Source: an uncultured bacterium
GTDB lineage: Bacteria; Chloroflexota; UBA5177; JANWHV01
DNA length: 64,000 bases
Direction: 5' to 3'
NCBI GenBank assembly: GCA_963827235.1
Contig: CAWHAE010000012.1
Location: forward strand, 1,344,001 to 1,408,000
Part shown: positions 52,926 to 63,393 of the stretch, piece by piece
Numbering within the stretch: the stretch's first letter is position 1
How the letters are laid out: each line of letters begins with the position of its first letter
Made by a program: the position numbers and the translations under genes
Notes under the pieces: generated by a model
Seen by the model: only the letters and a program-made list of their open reading frames with translations
The model's database searches: none
What the model was told of the DNA's origin: nothing

Positions 52926-54190
52926 TCATTCCTCAGGACCACAAGGGTCTCCACGAGATCCAGCCGACCGCCCTGCTGCGCCGATGAGCGCATCGAACGA
53001 CAAGGCTCCATGGCGGTGACTCGCCAGCTCACGGCAGGTGAAAGTTCAGCGATTATCTTGCCGGTTTCTACAGGTATCCCGGAATAGCGACTATCGCCAA
53101 CCACCAGCCACGCGGATCCACCTCGTGCGACTGAGCAGCGCAGCAGGCGGAGCACGTGAACGATGTCGGCGAAGTAGCCGCCGACCATGTCAGGAATATT
53201 CCGATCCCACAGCTCGATGCGCCTTGCGCGCAGACGCTCGAGCGTTGACTCGAGCAGCGGCGAGGCACTGGGCGCCGGCGGATACTCCCGATCCAGTTGT
53301 ACATGCGAGCATAAGGTCGAGTGACGGAGGCGGCGATTCGACGCTCCATCTTTCAGGTATCCGAGCATCCACAGTTCGACGTTATATACGTCCGTGTAGT
53401 CAAAGGAGTTGGGATAGGGCGGCGAGAAGACAGCGATCTCACATGGAACCGGCTCGGCTAGTAGTACTCGGCTGTCACCTCGGTACAGTCGGTAGGTCGG
53501 GCATGCACGCCGAGTAAAGGTGTGGATATCCGTGATCGCCTGCTGAACAGCGGCGCAATACAGGTCGTCCACCGATCGCCTCTCGCTGCGCCTCTGATCC
53601 CAGCTTCCTCGGTAGCGACGCCCCTTTCCATTGACCACGACATTACTGGCATCGATCAGGACACCCGCCAGGAGCACACGGAAGAGTCGGCGGTGCGATT
53701 CCGTGTCAAGCGTATCTATCGCGGTGAGGAGCGTGCCTACACGAGCTGCTACATCGCGGTCGAAGATCCAACGGCCACGCGCGCCAGGTTCGACAAAAGT
53801 CGCTGGCAACTGCTGGAATGCCACGAGTGGGTCAACTTGGATGCCTGCACCTCTGCGAACGATCGCGCCGAAGTCGCGAGCCAGCGAATCGGCGTCGTAT
53901 GTGCTGAGTTTCGCTTCGATCAGATCGGCCAGGAAAGGGTTCACCTCGATCGTCATTGGCTGCACGCCAAGGAATTGACACGCAAGTGCAGTCGTTCCCG
54001 ATCCACCAAAAGGGTCCAGACATCGCTGAACTGGGATGGGACTTTCTGCGAGCGCACGCGCTACGAATTCCGGCGCGAAGGACTCCTTAAAGTGACGCCA
54101 CGCCTGGAAAGGCAGTCGATTCGCACCAGCGTTTGTTCCCCAAGACGAGACTGCACGCTTTCGCGTCCAGTCCTCGAAAGTGACCTGCAC
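52910..54190 (-). CDS. Amino-DNA methyltransferase (probably N4-cytosine, alpha order)
   Basis: Motif I LDPFGGSGTT precedes motif IV FSPPY; WRHFKESF; VVGDS. Confidence 0.88.
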   Translation of the reverse strand: MQVTFEDWTRKRAVSSWGTNAGANRLPFQAWRHFKESFAPEFVARALAESPIPVQRCLDPFGGSGTTALACQFLGVQPMTIEVNPFLADLIEAKLSTYDADSLARDFGAIVRRGAGIQVDPLVAFQQLPATFVEPGARGRWIFDRDVAARVGTLLTAIDTLDTESHRRLFRVLLAGVLIDASNVVVNGKGRRYRGSWDQRRSERRSVDDLYCAAVQQAITDIHTFTRRACPTYRLYRGDSRVLLAEPVPCEIAVFSPPYPNSFDYTDVYNVELWMLGYLKDGASNRRLRHSTLCSHVQLDREYPPAPSASPLLESTLERLRARRIELWDRNIPDMVGGYFADIVHVLRLLRCSVARGGSAWLVVGDSRYSGIPVETGKIIAELSPAVSWRVTAMEPCRSMRSSAQQGGRLDLVETLVVLRNDYPCA

Positions 54191-54462
54191 TCAGGAATCC
54201 CCCCAACACGAGCCTCTGTGTACTCCTTACAACGTACGGGAAGCAGCATGCAGCAGCAACACCGAGTACCACGCCATCCAACCTCGCTGGTTCGCGGCCA
54301 TGCTCGTGCCAAGAAATCCGTTCGGAGGACCGAGTTGTACTGCGGCCCGTCTCGAATGCTCGCCCATTTTCCACGCTTGAACTGGGAACAGCGTCCATTC
54401 TACAGATAGAGTGGTAGCCACATGCCCGCGGCGGGCGCAATCGGGCCCGCCCAACCCGTGGT

Positions 54463-54504
54463 ACACTGAGTTACAGACCGACGCGTCGGTCTGTAACTCA
54501 GTGT
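54463..54504. promoter_or_regulatory. Perfect 42-bp palindrome upstream of menF (candidate operator)
   Basis: acactgagttacagaccgacg|cgtcggtctgtaactcagtgt. Confidence 0.7.
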
Positions 54505-54536
54505 GATCAGCGTCTGGATGGTTAGCACCGGTGCTC

Positions 54537-56420
54537 ATGTCGTCTTGCCATTCCGTCTCCGCCGAGCCGCTCGTCGATTTGCTCTTGCAGGGCTCGCGTC
54601 GCGCCCGAGCGGCAGGGCGCCGCATCCTGGTGAGCTATGCCGAGCCGGCGCCCGCGCTGGACCCGCTCGCCGTCTACGCGGCGGCACCTGCCGGCACGGT
54701 GCGGCTGTTCTGGCATCACCAGGATCGCCTCGTGGACGGTGCATCCGGGCAGGCTCTGGCCGGGATCGGCGCCGTGCACACGATCGAGGCACGGGGCGGC
54801 GGCAGGTTCGAGGACGTCAAGAAGGCCTGGCGGGATCTCCGCCTGGATGCCATCGTGGAGACGTCTACCGGCGAGGCGCCACCCTGGGGAGCCGGACCCT
54901 TGCTGCTCGGCGGGTTCAGCTTCGATCCACAGCGGCCTTCCACGGGCACCTGGCGGGGATTTCCGGACGCGCGTTTCACCCTATCCCGCTTTACCGTGGC
55001 CAGCGCCGGCGGCCGCACCTGGGTGACCACCAACATGCTGGTCGACGGAGAGGAAGACTGCGAGGCGCTCACGCAGGATACGTTGCGCGAGCGACACCTC
55101 GTGCTCGACCGGGCGCGGGCCTGGCATCCGGAAGCGGCGATCCGGGCCCTCGCATCCGCGGACACGGATGCCCCGGCCTTCGCGCCCGATGCCGTTGATG
55201 GCCGCCCAGCCGGGATCCCTGTGCCGGGGACACATGGCGGTTTGGCGGCATATCGCGGTTCGGCTCCGGATCACGGCCCGGCACAGATTCACGGCACCGC
55301 GGCCGAGGCGTTGCCGGCGGGCGGGCGGGCGGCGAATGGCGGTTCGGCTCCGGATCACGGCCCGGCACAGATTCACGGCACCGCGGCCGAGGCGTTGCCG
55401 GCGGGCGGGCGGGCGGCGAAATCTGGCCTTGCCGCGGGCGGGGCGGCCGGTGATGGCACCGTGGCGAAGCCGGCGGCGCGGCTGTGGGCGGTCGACGATC
55501 CGGCGCCCGAGCGGAGTGTGGAGCGCGGGGCCGGAGCACATGGCAACGTGGAGCGCGCAGGGCATGCTTCCTCGGCGGCAGCCTTGGTGGCGGTGGATGC
55601 GCTGCCGGCCGCGGAATGGCAGGCAATCGTCGGCCGCACGGCGGCTGAGATTCGCGCCGGTCGCTTCGCCAAGGTCGTGCTGGCGCGCGAGGCTCGCGTG
55701 GCGGCGGCGGAGACGGCGTTCGACGCCGCGGCTACGCTGGACGCGCTCCGCTCGACTTACCGTGCCGGCTTCGTCTTTGCCTTCACCTTCCCGGAAGGCG
55801 GTGCCGACCGCACGTTTCTCGGCGCATCGCCCGAACGGCTCGTCCACCTCCACGATCGCGTGGTGGAGACCAGCTCGCTGGCCGGCTCTATCCGCCGCGG
55901 TGCTACGCCGGAGGAGGACGATGCGCTGGGCGCGGCACTCTTGCGCGACGAGAAGGAGCGTACCGAGCATGCGGTGGTCACCGAGACGCTGCGCGAGGCG
56001 CTGGCTCCTCTGTGTCGCGGCTTGAGCGTGCCCGCCGTCCCCACGCTGCTGCGGCTGGCCAACGTGCAGCACCTCTTCACACCGATTCGCGGCGTGCTGG
56101 GCAACGGCCAGACCATCCTGGACCTGGTCGAGCGGCTGCACCCGACTCCTGCCGTGGGCGGCTTTCCCCGAGACGTCGCATTGGCGGTCATCCGCGCACG
56201 CGAGCAGATCGATCGGGGGTGGTACGCCGGACCGGTCGGCTGGATCGACGAAGAGGGCGAGGGCGAATTCGCCGTCGCCATACGGTCCGCCCTGCTCGAC
56301 GACTCGAAGCGCGAAGCGCTGCTCTTCGCCGGCTGCGGCATCGTCGGCCATTCCAACCCCGCCGCCGAGTACGCGGAGTCTCGCCTCAAGATGCAGGCGA
56401 TGCTCTCCGCGCTGCGCTGA
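54537..56420 (+). CDS. menF: Isochorismate synthase with long Ala/Gly-rich insertion
   Basis: GGFSFD, KVVLAR, FLGASPERL, LAGS, KERTEH, LHPTPAVGG, DRGWYAGPVGW, FAGCGIV. Confidence 0.92.
   Translation: MSSCHSVSAEPLVDLLLQGSRRARAAGRRILVSYAEPAPALDPLAVYAAAPAGTVRLFWHHQDRLVDGASGQALAGIGAVHTIEARGGGRFEDVKKAWRDLRLDAIVETSTGEAPPWGAGPLLLGGFSFDPQRPSTGTWRGFPDARFTLSRFTVASAGGRTWVTTNMLVDGEEDCEALTQDTLRERHLVLDRARAWHPEAAIRALASADTDAPAFAPDAVDGRPAGIPVPGTHGGLAAYRGSAPDHGPAQIHGTAAEALPAGGRAANGGSAPDHGPAQIHGTAAEALPAGGRAAKSGLAAGGAAGDGTVAKPAARLWAVDDPAPERSVERGAGAHGNVERAGHASSAAALVAVDALPAAEWQAIVGRTAAEIRAGRFAKVVLAREARVAAAETAFDAAATLDALRSTYRAGFVFAFTFPEGGADRTFLGASPERLVHLHDRVVETSSLAGSIRRGATPEEDDALGAALLRDEKERTEHAVVTETLREALAPLCRGLSVPAVPTLLRLANVQHLFTPIRGVLGNGQTILDLVERLHPTPAVGGFPRDVALAVIRAREQIDRGWYAGPVGWIDEEGEGEFAVAIRSALLDDSKREALLFAGCGIVGHSNPAAEYAESRLKMQAMLSALR
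55255..55420. repeat. In-frame tandem duplication in menF (84-bp period, 82 bp identical)
   Basis: Copies at 55255-55336 and 55339-55420 both encode GSAPDHGPAQIHGTAAEALPAGGRAA. Confidence 0.95.
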
Positions 56421-56433
56421 GGTGCCCCCTGCG

Positions 56434-58251
56434 ATGCTCGAGCAGCCGCCAAACGCCCTCTACGCCTACGCAGGTGCCTTCCTCGACGAGCTGGCGCGCA
56501 GCGGAGTGCGTCACGTCTGCGTCTGTCCCGGATCGCGCTCCACGCCCCTGGCAATCTGCGCGGACCGGCAGCCCGGCCTCCGCGTGTGGATGCATCTGGA
56601 CGAGCGGTCCGCCGCCTTCTTCGCCCTCGGCCTGGCCAAGTCGACCGGGCTGCCCGTAGCGCTCGTCTGCACGTCCGGCACGGCCGCGGCAAACTTCATG
56701 CCTGCCGTCGTGGAGGCGCGACTGGCCCACGTGCCGCTGCTGGTACTGACGGCCGACCGGCCGCCCGAGCTGCGCGAGGTGGGGGCACCGCAGACCATCG
56801 ACCAGATCCACCTGTACGGCAGCCAGGTCAAGTGGTTCGTGGAAATGGCCACTCCAGGCGCCTCCGACGATCTGCTCCGGTACGCGCGCGTCACCGCCTG
56901 CCGCGCCGTGGCCGCCGCCGTGGCAGTGCCGCGCGGACCGGTCCATCTCAACTTTCCCTTCCGCGAGCCCCTGGTCCCGGTACCGGCACCCGAGGAGATC
57001 CCGGCAACCGTGTCGCCGCTTGCCCTGCATGGCCGATCGGGAGGGCGGCCCTACGTCGACCTGCCGCGCGTGGCGTCCGCCGAGGCGCCGTCGAGCGATG
57101 CGCTGGACCAGATTGCCGATCTCATGCTGCGCTCTCCCCGGGGGCTGATCGTCTGCGGACCGCTCGATGCCGGCGACCTCGCGGAGCCGCTCACCGCGCT
57201 GGCCGCCCGGGCCGGTTATCCAATCCTGGCCGACGCGCTGTCCGGGTTGCGCGCCGGTAGTCACGACCAGGCGCAGGTGATCGATGCCTACGACGCGTTT
57301 CTTCGCTGCGCTCCCGTGGCAGGGAGACTGGCGCCCGAGCTCGTGCTGCGGCTGGGGGCCACGCCTACGTCGAAGCCCCTCCAGCAGTTCCTGCAACGCC
57401 GGCCGGAGGTCACGCACGTGGTCGTCTCACACGGCGATTGGCAGGATCCGTCGTATCAGGCCGGTATCCTGCTCGACGCCGACCCGGCAGATGTTTGCCG
57501 CCGGCTCGCCCGGCGCCTCGAACCCGGTGCCCAAGCCACGGGCGACGGCCGATGGCTGTCCGAGTGGCTCGCCACGAACCGGACAGCCCGCCAGGCGCTT
57601 GACCGCAGGCCGGCTTCCGGCGAGGATCTCTTCGAGGGCCGCGTGCTTGCCGAGCTGTGCTGCCTCCTGCCCGGCGGTGCCACGCTGTGGGCCGGCAGCA
57701 GCATGCCGGTGCGCGACCTGGACACCTTCTCCGGCAAGACCGAACGGCCGTTGCGCATGCTGGCCAACCGCGGCGCCAACGGCATCGACGGCGTCGTCTC
57801 CAGCGCCCTGGGTGCCGCGGCGGGCGGCCAGGGTCCGCACGTGCTGGCGATCGGCGACGTCTCGTTCTACCACGATATGAACGGCCTGCTGGCAGCGGCG
57901 CGGCACGGCCTGGATCTCACCATCGTGCTGCTCAACAACGACGGCGGCGGCATCTTCTCCTTCCTGCCCCAGGCGGAGCAACCGGCCCTGCTCGAAGAGG
58001 ACGGCGATGGCTGCTCGCCGTTCGAGCGGCTGTTCGGCACGCCGCACGGCCTGGACTTCTCGCACGCCGCCGCCCTGTACGGCGCCGGGTTCGTGCGCGC
58101 CGGCACCTGGGCGGAGTTCCGGCAGGCGGTATCGGCAGGGATCGAAGCCGGCGGTCTGCACGTCGTGGAAGTGCGGACCGATCGCGGGCGGAACGTGGCG
58201 CAGCACCGCGCCTGCTGGCGAGCCGTGGCCGAGGCGCTGGGCCACGCATGA
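56434..58251 (+). CDS. menD: SEPHCHC synthase
   Basis: CPGSRSTPL, DERSAAFFALG, CTSGTAAAN, TADRP, NRGANGIDG, GDVSFYHD..NNDGGGIF. Confidence 0.97.
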   Translation: MLEQPPNALYAYAGAFLDELARSGVRHVCVCPGSRSTPLAICADRQPGLRVWMHLDERSAAFFALGLAKSTGLPVALVCTSGTAAANFMPAVVEARLAHVPLLVLTADRPPELREVGAPQTIDQIHLYGSQVKWFVEMATPGASDDLLRYARVTACRAVAAAVAVPRGPVHLNFPFREPLVPVPAPEEIPATVSPLALHGRSGGRPYVDLPRVASAEAPSSDALDQIADLMLRSPRGLIVCGPLDAGDLAEPLTALAARAGYPILADALSGLRAGSHDQAQVIDAYDAFLRCAPVAGRLAPELVLRLGATPTSKPLQQFLQRRPEVTHVVVSHGDWQDPSYQAGILLDADPADVCRRLARRLEPGAQATGDGRWLSEWLATNRTARQALDRRPASGEDLFEGRVLAELCCLLPGGATLWAGSSMPVRDLDTFSGKTERPLRMLANRGANGIDGVVSSALGAAAGGQGPHVLAIGDVSFYHDMNGLLAAARHGLDLTIVLLNNDGGGIFSFLPQAEQPALLEEDGDGCSPFERLFGTPHGLDFSHAAALYGAGFVRAGTWAEFRQAVSAGIEAGGLHVVEVRTDRGRNVAQHRACWRAVAEALGHA

Positions 58252-59144
58252 CGCCGCCCTTTCCACTCCGGCACCTGGCGGTGGACGGCGTCCGCTACGG
58301 CGTACGGGTGGCCGGTCAGGGACCGGAGCTCGTGCTGCTGCATGGATTCACCGGCAGCGGCAGCACGTGGCAGCCGCTCGTCTCGAGCCTGGCCGGATCG
58401 CGGCGCCTGATCGCCATCGACGCGCCGGGCCACGGCGCCTCGCCGGCGACCGCGCATCCGGAGCGGTTCACGATCGAGCGCGCGGCGCGGGACGTGCTTG
58501 CGCTGCTGGACCGTCTCGAGGCGAAGGAGGCGGCGCTGCTCGGCTATTCCATGGGCGGTCGTCTGGCGCTGCACGCGGCGCTGGCGGCGCCCGGGCGCTT
58601 CACGGCGGTCGTGCTGGAAAGCGCGTCGCCGGGCATCCGGGACCCCGGGGAGCGCGACGCCCGCATTCGAGATGACGAGGCGTTGGCAGCCGAAATCGAG
58701 CACCAGGGCGTGGAAGCATTCGTAGCGCGCTGGGAGGCCTTTCCTCTGTTTGCCAGCCAGGCGAACCTGCCCGCCGGCGTCCGCGGTCGACTGCGCGCGC
58801 AACGCCTGGCCAACAGCGCCGCCGGGCTGGCAAACAGCCTGCGCGGCATGGGCGCGGGCGCCGCGCCTCCGGTGTGGGAGCGCATCGCGGAGCTCCGGAT
58901 GCCCGTGCTGCTGATCGTGGGCGCGCTGGACGGAAAATACCTGGCCATTGCTCGGGAGATGCTGCACTGCCTGCCTCACGCCACGCTGGAGGTCGTGGCC
59001 GGCGCCGGCCATGCCGTTCACCTCGAGCAGCCGGAACGCTTCGACGAGATCGTGAGCCGGTTTCTCGCCGCATGTGGGCGCCGGCCGGGTGAGGATCGCG
59101 CCCTCGAGCCCGAGGATATCCACCTCGAGCTCGACATTCCCTGA
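58248..59144 (+). CDS. menH: SHCHC synthase (alpha/beta hydrolase)
   Basis: ATGA overlap with menD; LHGFTG, GYSMGGR, LFASQ, D.KY, GHAVH. Confidence 0.93.
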   Translation: MTPPFPLRHLAVDGVRYGVRVAGQGPELVLLHGFTGSGSTWQPLVSSLAGSRRLIAIDAPGHGASPATAHPERFTIERAARDVLALLDRLEAKEAALLGYSMGGRLALHAALAAPGRFTAVVLESASPGIRDPGERDARIRDDEALAAEIEHQGVEAFVARWEAFPLFASQANLPAGVRGRLRAQRLANSAAGLANSLRGMGAGAAPPVWERIAELRMPVLLIVGALDGKYLAIAREMLHCLPHATLEVVAGAGHAVHLEQPERFDEIVSRFLAACGRRPGEDRALEPEDIHLELDIP

Positions 59145-59183
59145 ATCAGGCCGTTCGGCCTGCAAGCCATGGAGGAGAAAACA

Positions 59184-60032
59184 GTGAGCGATCAGGATCG
59201 CGCCATCCGTCCGTCTGGATTGCAGTGGGAGCACCGCCGCCAGTACGGCGACATCATCTACGAGGTGGCGGAGGGCATAGCCCGCATCACCATCAACCGG
59301 CCGGAAGTGCGGAACGCCTTCCGGCCGCGAACGGTGGTCGAGCTGATGGATGCCTTTGCCGCCGCGCGCGAGGACGCCGGGGTCGGCGTCGTCCTGCTCA
59401 CGGGAGCCGGCACCAGGGCCTTCTGCTCCGGAGGCGACCAGCGCGTACGCGGCGAGGCCGGCTACGTGGGACAGGACGGCGTGCCGCGGCTCAACGTGCT
59501 CGATCTCCAGCGCCAGATTCGCACGCTGCCCAAACCGGTGATCGCCGTGGTGGCAGGGTACGCCATCGGCGGCGGCCACGTCCTGCACGTGGTCTGCGAC
59601 CTGACTATCGCGGCGGACAATGCCGTGTTCGGCCAGACCGGGCCCAGGGTCGGCAGCTTCGACGCCGGCTTCGGCGCCGGTTACCTGGCGCGCCAGGTGG
59701 GCCCGAAGAAGGCCAAAGAGATCTGGTTCCTGTGCCGCCAGTACGATGCGCGGCAGGCCCTGGCCATGGGTCTGGTCAACACGGTGGTGCCGCTGGAAGA
59801 CCTGGAGATCGAGGCGGTAGCCTGGGCCAGGGAGATCCTCGGCAAGAGCCCCATGGCCATTCGCTGCCTGAAGGCCGCCTTCAACGCCGAGACCGATGGG
59901 CTGGCCGGTATCCAGGAGCTCGCCGGCGACACCACCCTCCTCTACTACATGAGCGAGGAGGCGCAGGAGGGGCGCAACGCCTACCTGCAGAAGCGGGCCC
60001 CGGATTTCGGCCGCTTCCCCCGCCTGCCGTGA
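59184..60032 (+). CDS. menB: 1,4-dihydroxy-2-naphthoyl-CoA synthase
   Basis: [50 protein letters not shown]. Confidence 0.97.
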   Translation: MSDQDRAIRPSGLQWEHRRQYGDIIYEVAEGIARITINRPEVRNAFRPRTVVELMDAFAAAREDAGVGVVLLTGAGTRAFCSGGDQRVRGEAGYVGQDGVPRLNVLDLQRQIRTLPKPVIAVVAGYAIGGGHVLHVVCDLTIAADNAVFGQTGPRVGSFDAGFGAGYLARQVGPKKAKEIWFLCRQYDARQALAMGLVNTVVPLEDLEIEAVAWAREILGKSPMAIRCLKAAFNAETDGLAGIQELAGDTTLLYYMSEEAQEGRNAYLQKRAPDFGRFPRLP

Positions 60033-60190
60033 CCTAGTCCGGCAAAACCGGCCCGGGTGTCCCGCACTTGTGTGCAAAGCGGGCGGAGGCATATGATCGA
60101 GCCATGCTGATGGCAGCCGTCATGCCTCACGGTGCCGGCCGCGCATCATACCGATTCGCATCCGCCGGTGCGATGCGCAGAAGGTAGCTC

Positions 60191-61279
60191 ATGGCACGAG
60201 ACAATGCACAGCCACCGGCAGGTGGTGAGCTGAGTGCAACGTTGCTCGAAGCGCTGCCCGTCATCGTCTGGACTGCCTCCCTGGACAGCCGGATCGACTA
60301 TGCCAATGCGGCTTGGCTCGAGTACACCGGGTTGTCGCACGAGGACGTTCTGGCCGGCGCTGCCCACTCCGCCGTACACGCCGACGACGAGCTCTCTCTG
60401 GAGGAACAGTGGCAGCGCGCGCGCGCTGCGGTCGCCGGCTTCGCGCTGGAGTGTCGCCTGCTGCGGGCTGACGGCATCTACCGGTGGCATCTCGTCCGCG
60501 TCGTGCCGCTTCGAGACGGCGACGGGCAGGTCACGGGCTGGCTGGGCAGCGCGGCAGACATCCACGATCAGAAGCAGCTCGAGGAAGAGCGCGCCGAGTT
60601 CCTGGCCCTGATCTCGCACGATTTGAAGAACCCGTTGACCAGTATCCTGGGCACGGCCCAGCTCATGCTGCGGCGCGCCGGACGCGGCGACGGCGCGGAT
60701 CGCCTCGGCGAAGGGCTCACCGTGATCTTTCAGGCGGCGCAACGTATGGCGGCACAGCTCGACGTGCTGTTCGATCTGGCATCCACCAAGGCAGGAAGCC
60801 CGGTCGAGCTCAACAGACAGTCCACGGACCTGGCCGTGCTCCTTCGCCAGCTCTGCGACGAGCACAGGCTCTCGTCCGAACGGCACACCTTCTCGCTCGC
60901 CATTGCCGAGCTGCCGCTGGTCGGGCTGTGGGACGGGCGCAGGCTGGAGCGCGCCCTGGCCAACGTGCTGACGAACGCCGTCAAGTACAGCCCCGGGGGA
61001 GGGGAAGTCGTGGTGACCGCCCGGCAGGTGCACCTGGCGGAGGCCGACTGGGCCGAGGTCGCCGTGACCGACCACGGCATCGGCATCCCGGCCAGGGACT
61101 TGCCTCACGTGTTCGAGCGCTTCTATCGCGCGCGCAATGTCGCCGGCCAGATCGCGGGCACCGGACTTGGACTGGCCGGCGTCCGGCAGATCGTGGAGGG
61201 TCACCGTGGAGTCGTCACCGTGGCGAGCCGCGAAGGGCAGGGAACCACGGTCACCATACGCCTGCCGCTCTCAAGGTAG
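60191..61279 (+). CDS. PAS-domain sensor histidine kinase
   Basis: PAS/PAC, SHDLKNPL H-box, NAVKYS, DHGIGI, FERFYR, GTGLGL. Confidence 0.93.
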   Translation: MARDNAQPPAGGELSATLLEALPVIVWTASLDSRIDYANAAWLEYTGLSHEDVLAGAAHSAVHADDELSLEEQWQRARAAVAGFALECRLLRADGIYRWHLVRVVPLRDGDGQVTGWLGSAADIHDQKQLEEERAEFLALISHDLKNPLTSILGTAQLMLRRAGRGDGADRLGEGLTVIFQAAQRMAAQLDVLFDLASTKAGSPVELNRQSTDLAVLLRQLCDEHRLSSERHTFSLAIAELPLVGLWDGRRLERALANVLTNAVKYSPGGGEVVVTARQVHLAEADWAEVAVTDHGIGIPARDLPHVFERFYRARNVAGQIAGTGLGLAGVRQIVEGHRGVVTVASREGQGTTVTIRLPLSR

Positions 61280-61332
61280 CGTGGCCGGTCGTCCAGTTCG
61301 GTTTGGCTCTGGGAGAAACGGGCACGGCCGGT

Positions 61333-63135
61333 TTACAGCAGGCTCTCCAGCTCGCTCACGGCGCGATCGAACTCGTCGAATGCCGCCTCGATCGGCGCCG
61401 CCGCCGTGACGTCGATACCTGCCGCCTTGAGCAGCTCAACCGGGTAATCCGAGGAGCCCGCGCTCAGCAGGTCGAGATAGCGCCGCGCGACCGGCTCGCC
61501 CTCACGGAGCGCCGCCTGCGCCAGGGCAGAGGAAGCTACGAAGCCCGTCGCGTACTGGTACACGTAAAAGCCCATATAGAAGTGGGGCACGAGAGACCAC
61601 TCCCAGGCGACGAGCTCGTCGACCACCACGCCTCCCGCACCGTAGTACTGCTCGACCAGCGAGCGGTAGATGTCCTGCAGCACGTCGACGGTCAGCGCAC
61701 CGCCGGATTCGACGACCTCGTGCGCCTTCAGCTCGAATTCGGCGAAGAGCGTCTGCCTGATCACGGTGCTGCGGAAGCTCTCGACGTACTGGTTGAGAAT
61801 GGAGGCGCGCTGGTCCCGGTCGCCGGTGCGCTGCAGCAGATAGTGCTGCAGCAGCGCTTCGTTGAACGTGGACGCGATCTCGGCCAGGAAGATGGGGTAC
61901 CGCGCGTAATGATAGGGCTGCGCCCGGTTCGACAGGTAGCTGTGGAGCGAGTGTCCCAGCTCGTGCGCCAGCGTGAACATGTCGTCGCGGCGTCCCTGGT
62001 AGTTCATCAGGATGAAGGGCTCCGTGCCGTAGGTGCCGGCGCTGTATGCCCCGGTCGCCTTTCCCTCGCTCTCCAACACGTCGACCCAGCGGGAGCCCAG
62101 GCCGCGCTCGACGATCGCGGTGTACTCGCGGCCCAGGGGCGCGAGCGCTTCCACGACCAGCCTGCAGGCTTCGTCGTAGGTGACCTTGAGATCGACGGCG
62201 GGCACGAGCGGCGCGTAGAGATCGAACATGTGCAGTGGCTCGCCCAAGGCCAGCACCCTGCTTCGCAGAGCGAGATAGCGGTGGAGGCTGGGCAGCTTGG
62301 CGCGCACCGTCTCGACGAGCGTGCGGTACACCTGTGTCGGGATGTGTGTTTCGGAGAGTGCCGCTTCGAGGCAGCTGCCATAGCGGCGCGTGCGGGCGAA
62401 GAAGTGATCCTTCTTTACCTGGTTGGCCAGCGTGGCGGCCAGTGTGTGCTGCACCTTCTTGAAGCCGCCCAGCATCCCTTCGAACGCCTCGCGACGCACG
62501 CGCCGGTCGTTGCTGCGCATGAAGCCGATGTAGGTGCCATCGGTGAGCTGCACCTCCTGCCCGCCTTCGTCCGCGACGAGCGGCAGCTGCCGGTCGAGCA
62601 CGTGCACGGCGTCGAAGACCTGCAGGGGACTGTGGCCCAGCTCGAGCACGCCGGCCAGCACCTGCTCCACCTCGGCGGAGCGCACGTGCGCCCGCTGCGC
62701 CGTGATCACGTCGATCTCGTGCCGGTAGGCCTCCAGACCGGGCTCCTCGGCGTAGTGACCCTGCAGCCGTGCCGGCTCGATGGCCAGGATCTCCGGTGCC
62801 ACGAAGGCGATCGCCGCTTCGAGCGAGGAGCCGAGCGCGATCGCCCTGTCCGCCATGGAGGCGTATATCGGGCGCGCCAGGTTCTCATCGTGGCGCCGCG
62901 CCGCGAACTCGTAGACGCGCTCGAATTGGTCGCACACATGGTCGCGAGCCTTCAGCGCGTCCAGGAGATCCCGGCCGGAGCGATCGAGCGTGCCCTGCAG
63001 TCGCTCGAGCCCGGGAAGCTGCCGTTCGACGGCGGCAAAGGCCTGCTCCCAGGTCTCGTCGTTGGGGAAAAGCGAGCTCAAGTCCCAGGTAAGCTCGACC
63101 GGGATGTCGCTGCGCCGTGCCACGGCTTCCACCAC
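61333..63135 (-). CDS. pepF: Oligoendopeptidase F (peptidase M3B)
   Basis: SD AGGAGG; TWDLS, GAYS, TLAHELGHSLH, AEIASTFNE, RQTLFAEFE, PHFY..FYVYQYATG. Confidence 0.95.
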   Translation of the reverse strand: MVEAVARRSDIPVELTWDLSSLFPNDETWEQAFAAVERQLPGLERLQGTLDRSGRDLLDALKARDHVCDQFERVYEFAARRHDENLARPIYASMADRAIALGSSLEAAIAFVAPEILAIEPARLQGHYAEEPGLEAYRHEIDVITAQRAHVRSAEVEQVLAGVLELGHSPLQVFDAVHVLDRQLPLVADEGGQEVQLTDGTYIGFMRSNDRRVRREAFEGMLGGFKKVQHTLAATLANQVKKDHFFARTRRYGSCLEAALSETHIPTQVYRTLVETVRAKLPSLHRYLALRSRVLALGEPLHMFDLYAPLVPAVDLKVTYDEACRLVVEALAPLGREYTAIVERGLGSRWVDVLESEGKATGAYSAGTYGTEPFILMNYQGRRDDMFTLAHELGHSLHSYLSNRAQPYHYARYPIFLAEIASTFNEALLQHYLLQRTGDRDQRASILNQYVESFRSTVIRQTLFAEFELKAHEVVESGGALTVDVLQDIYRSLVEQYYGAGGVVVDELVAWEWSLVPHFYMGFYVYQYATGFVASSALAQAALREGEPVARRYLDLLSAGSSDYPVELLKAAGIDVTAAAPIEAAFDEFDRAVSELESLL

Positions 63136-63393
63136 AATACGCCTCCTCGCCGGCATTCTGCTGATCTGCAAGCGTCGACTCGCCTGCCGGATGCCGCTCG
63201 TGGTCGGGTAAGCGCGGCGGACGTCTGCCGATGAGCAGGCCGGCAACAGCCGGCCCCAGGTCGTTTCGACTACTCTGAGTCTAGCGCAACATGCCACAAT
63301 CCGGTCACCCGGTCACCAGGCCGTGTGGCATGGTCAATCCGCCGGTACACTGGATGCAGGAGTTCCAACAGCCTGTGGGAGCCGTTTGCGCAC

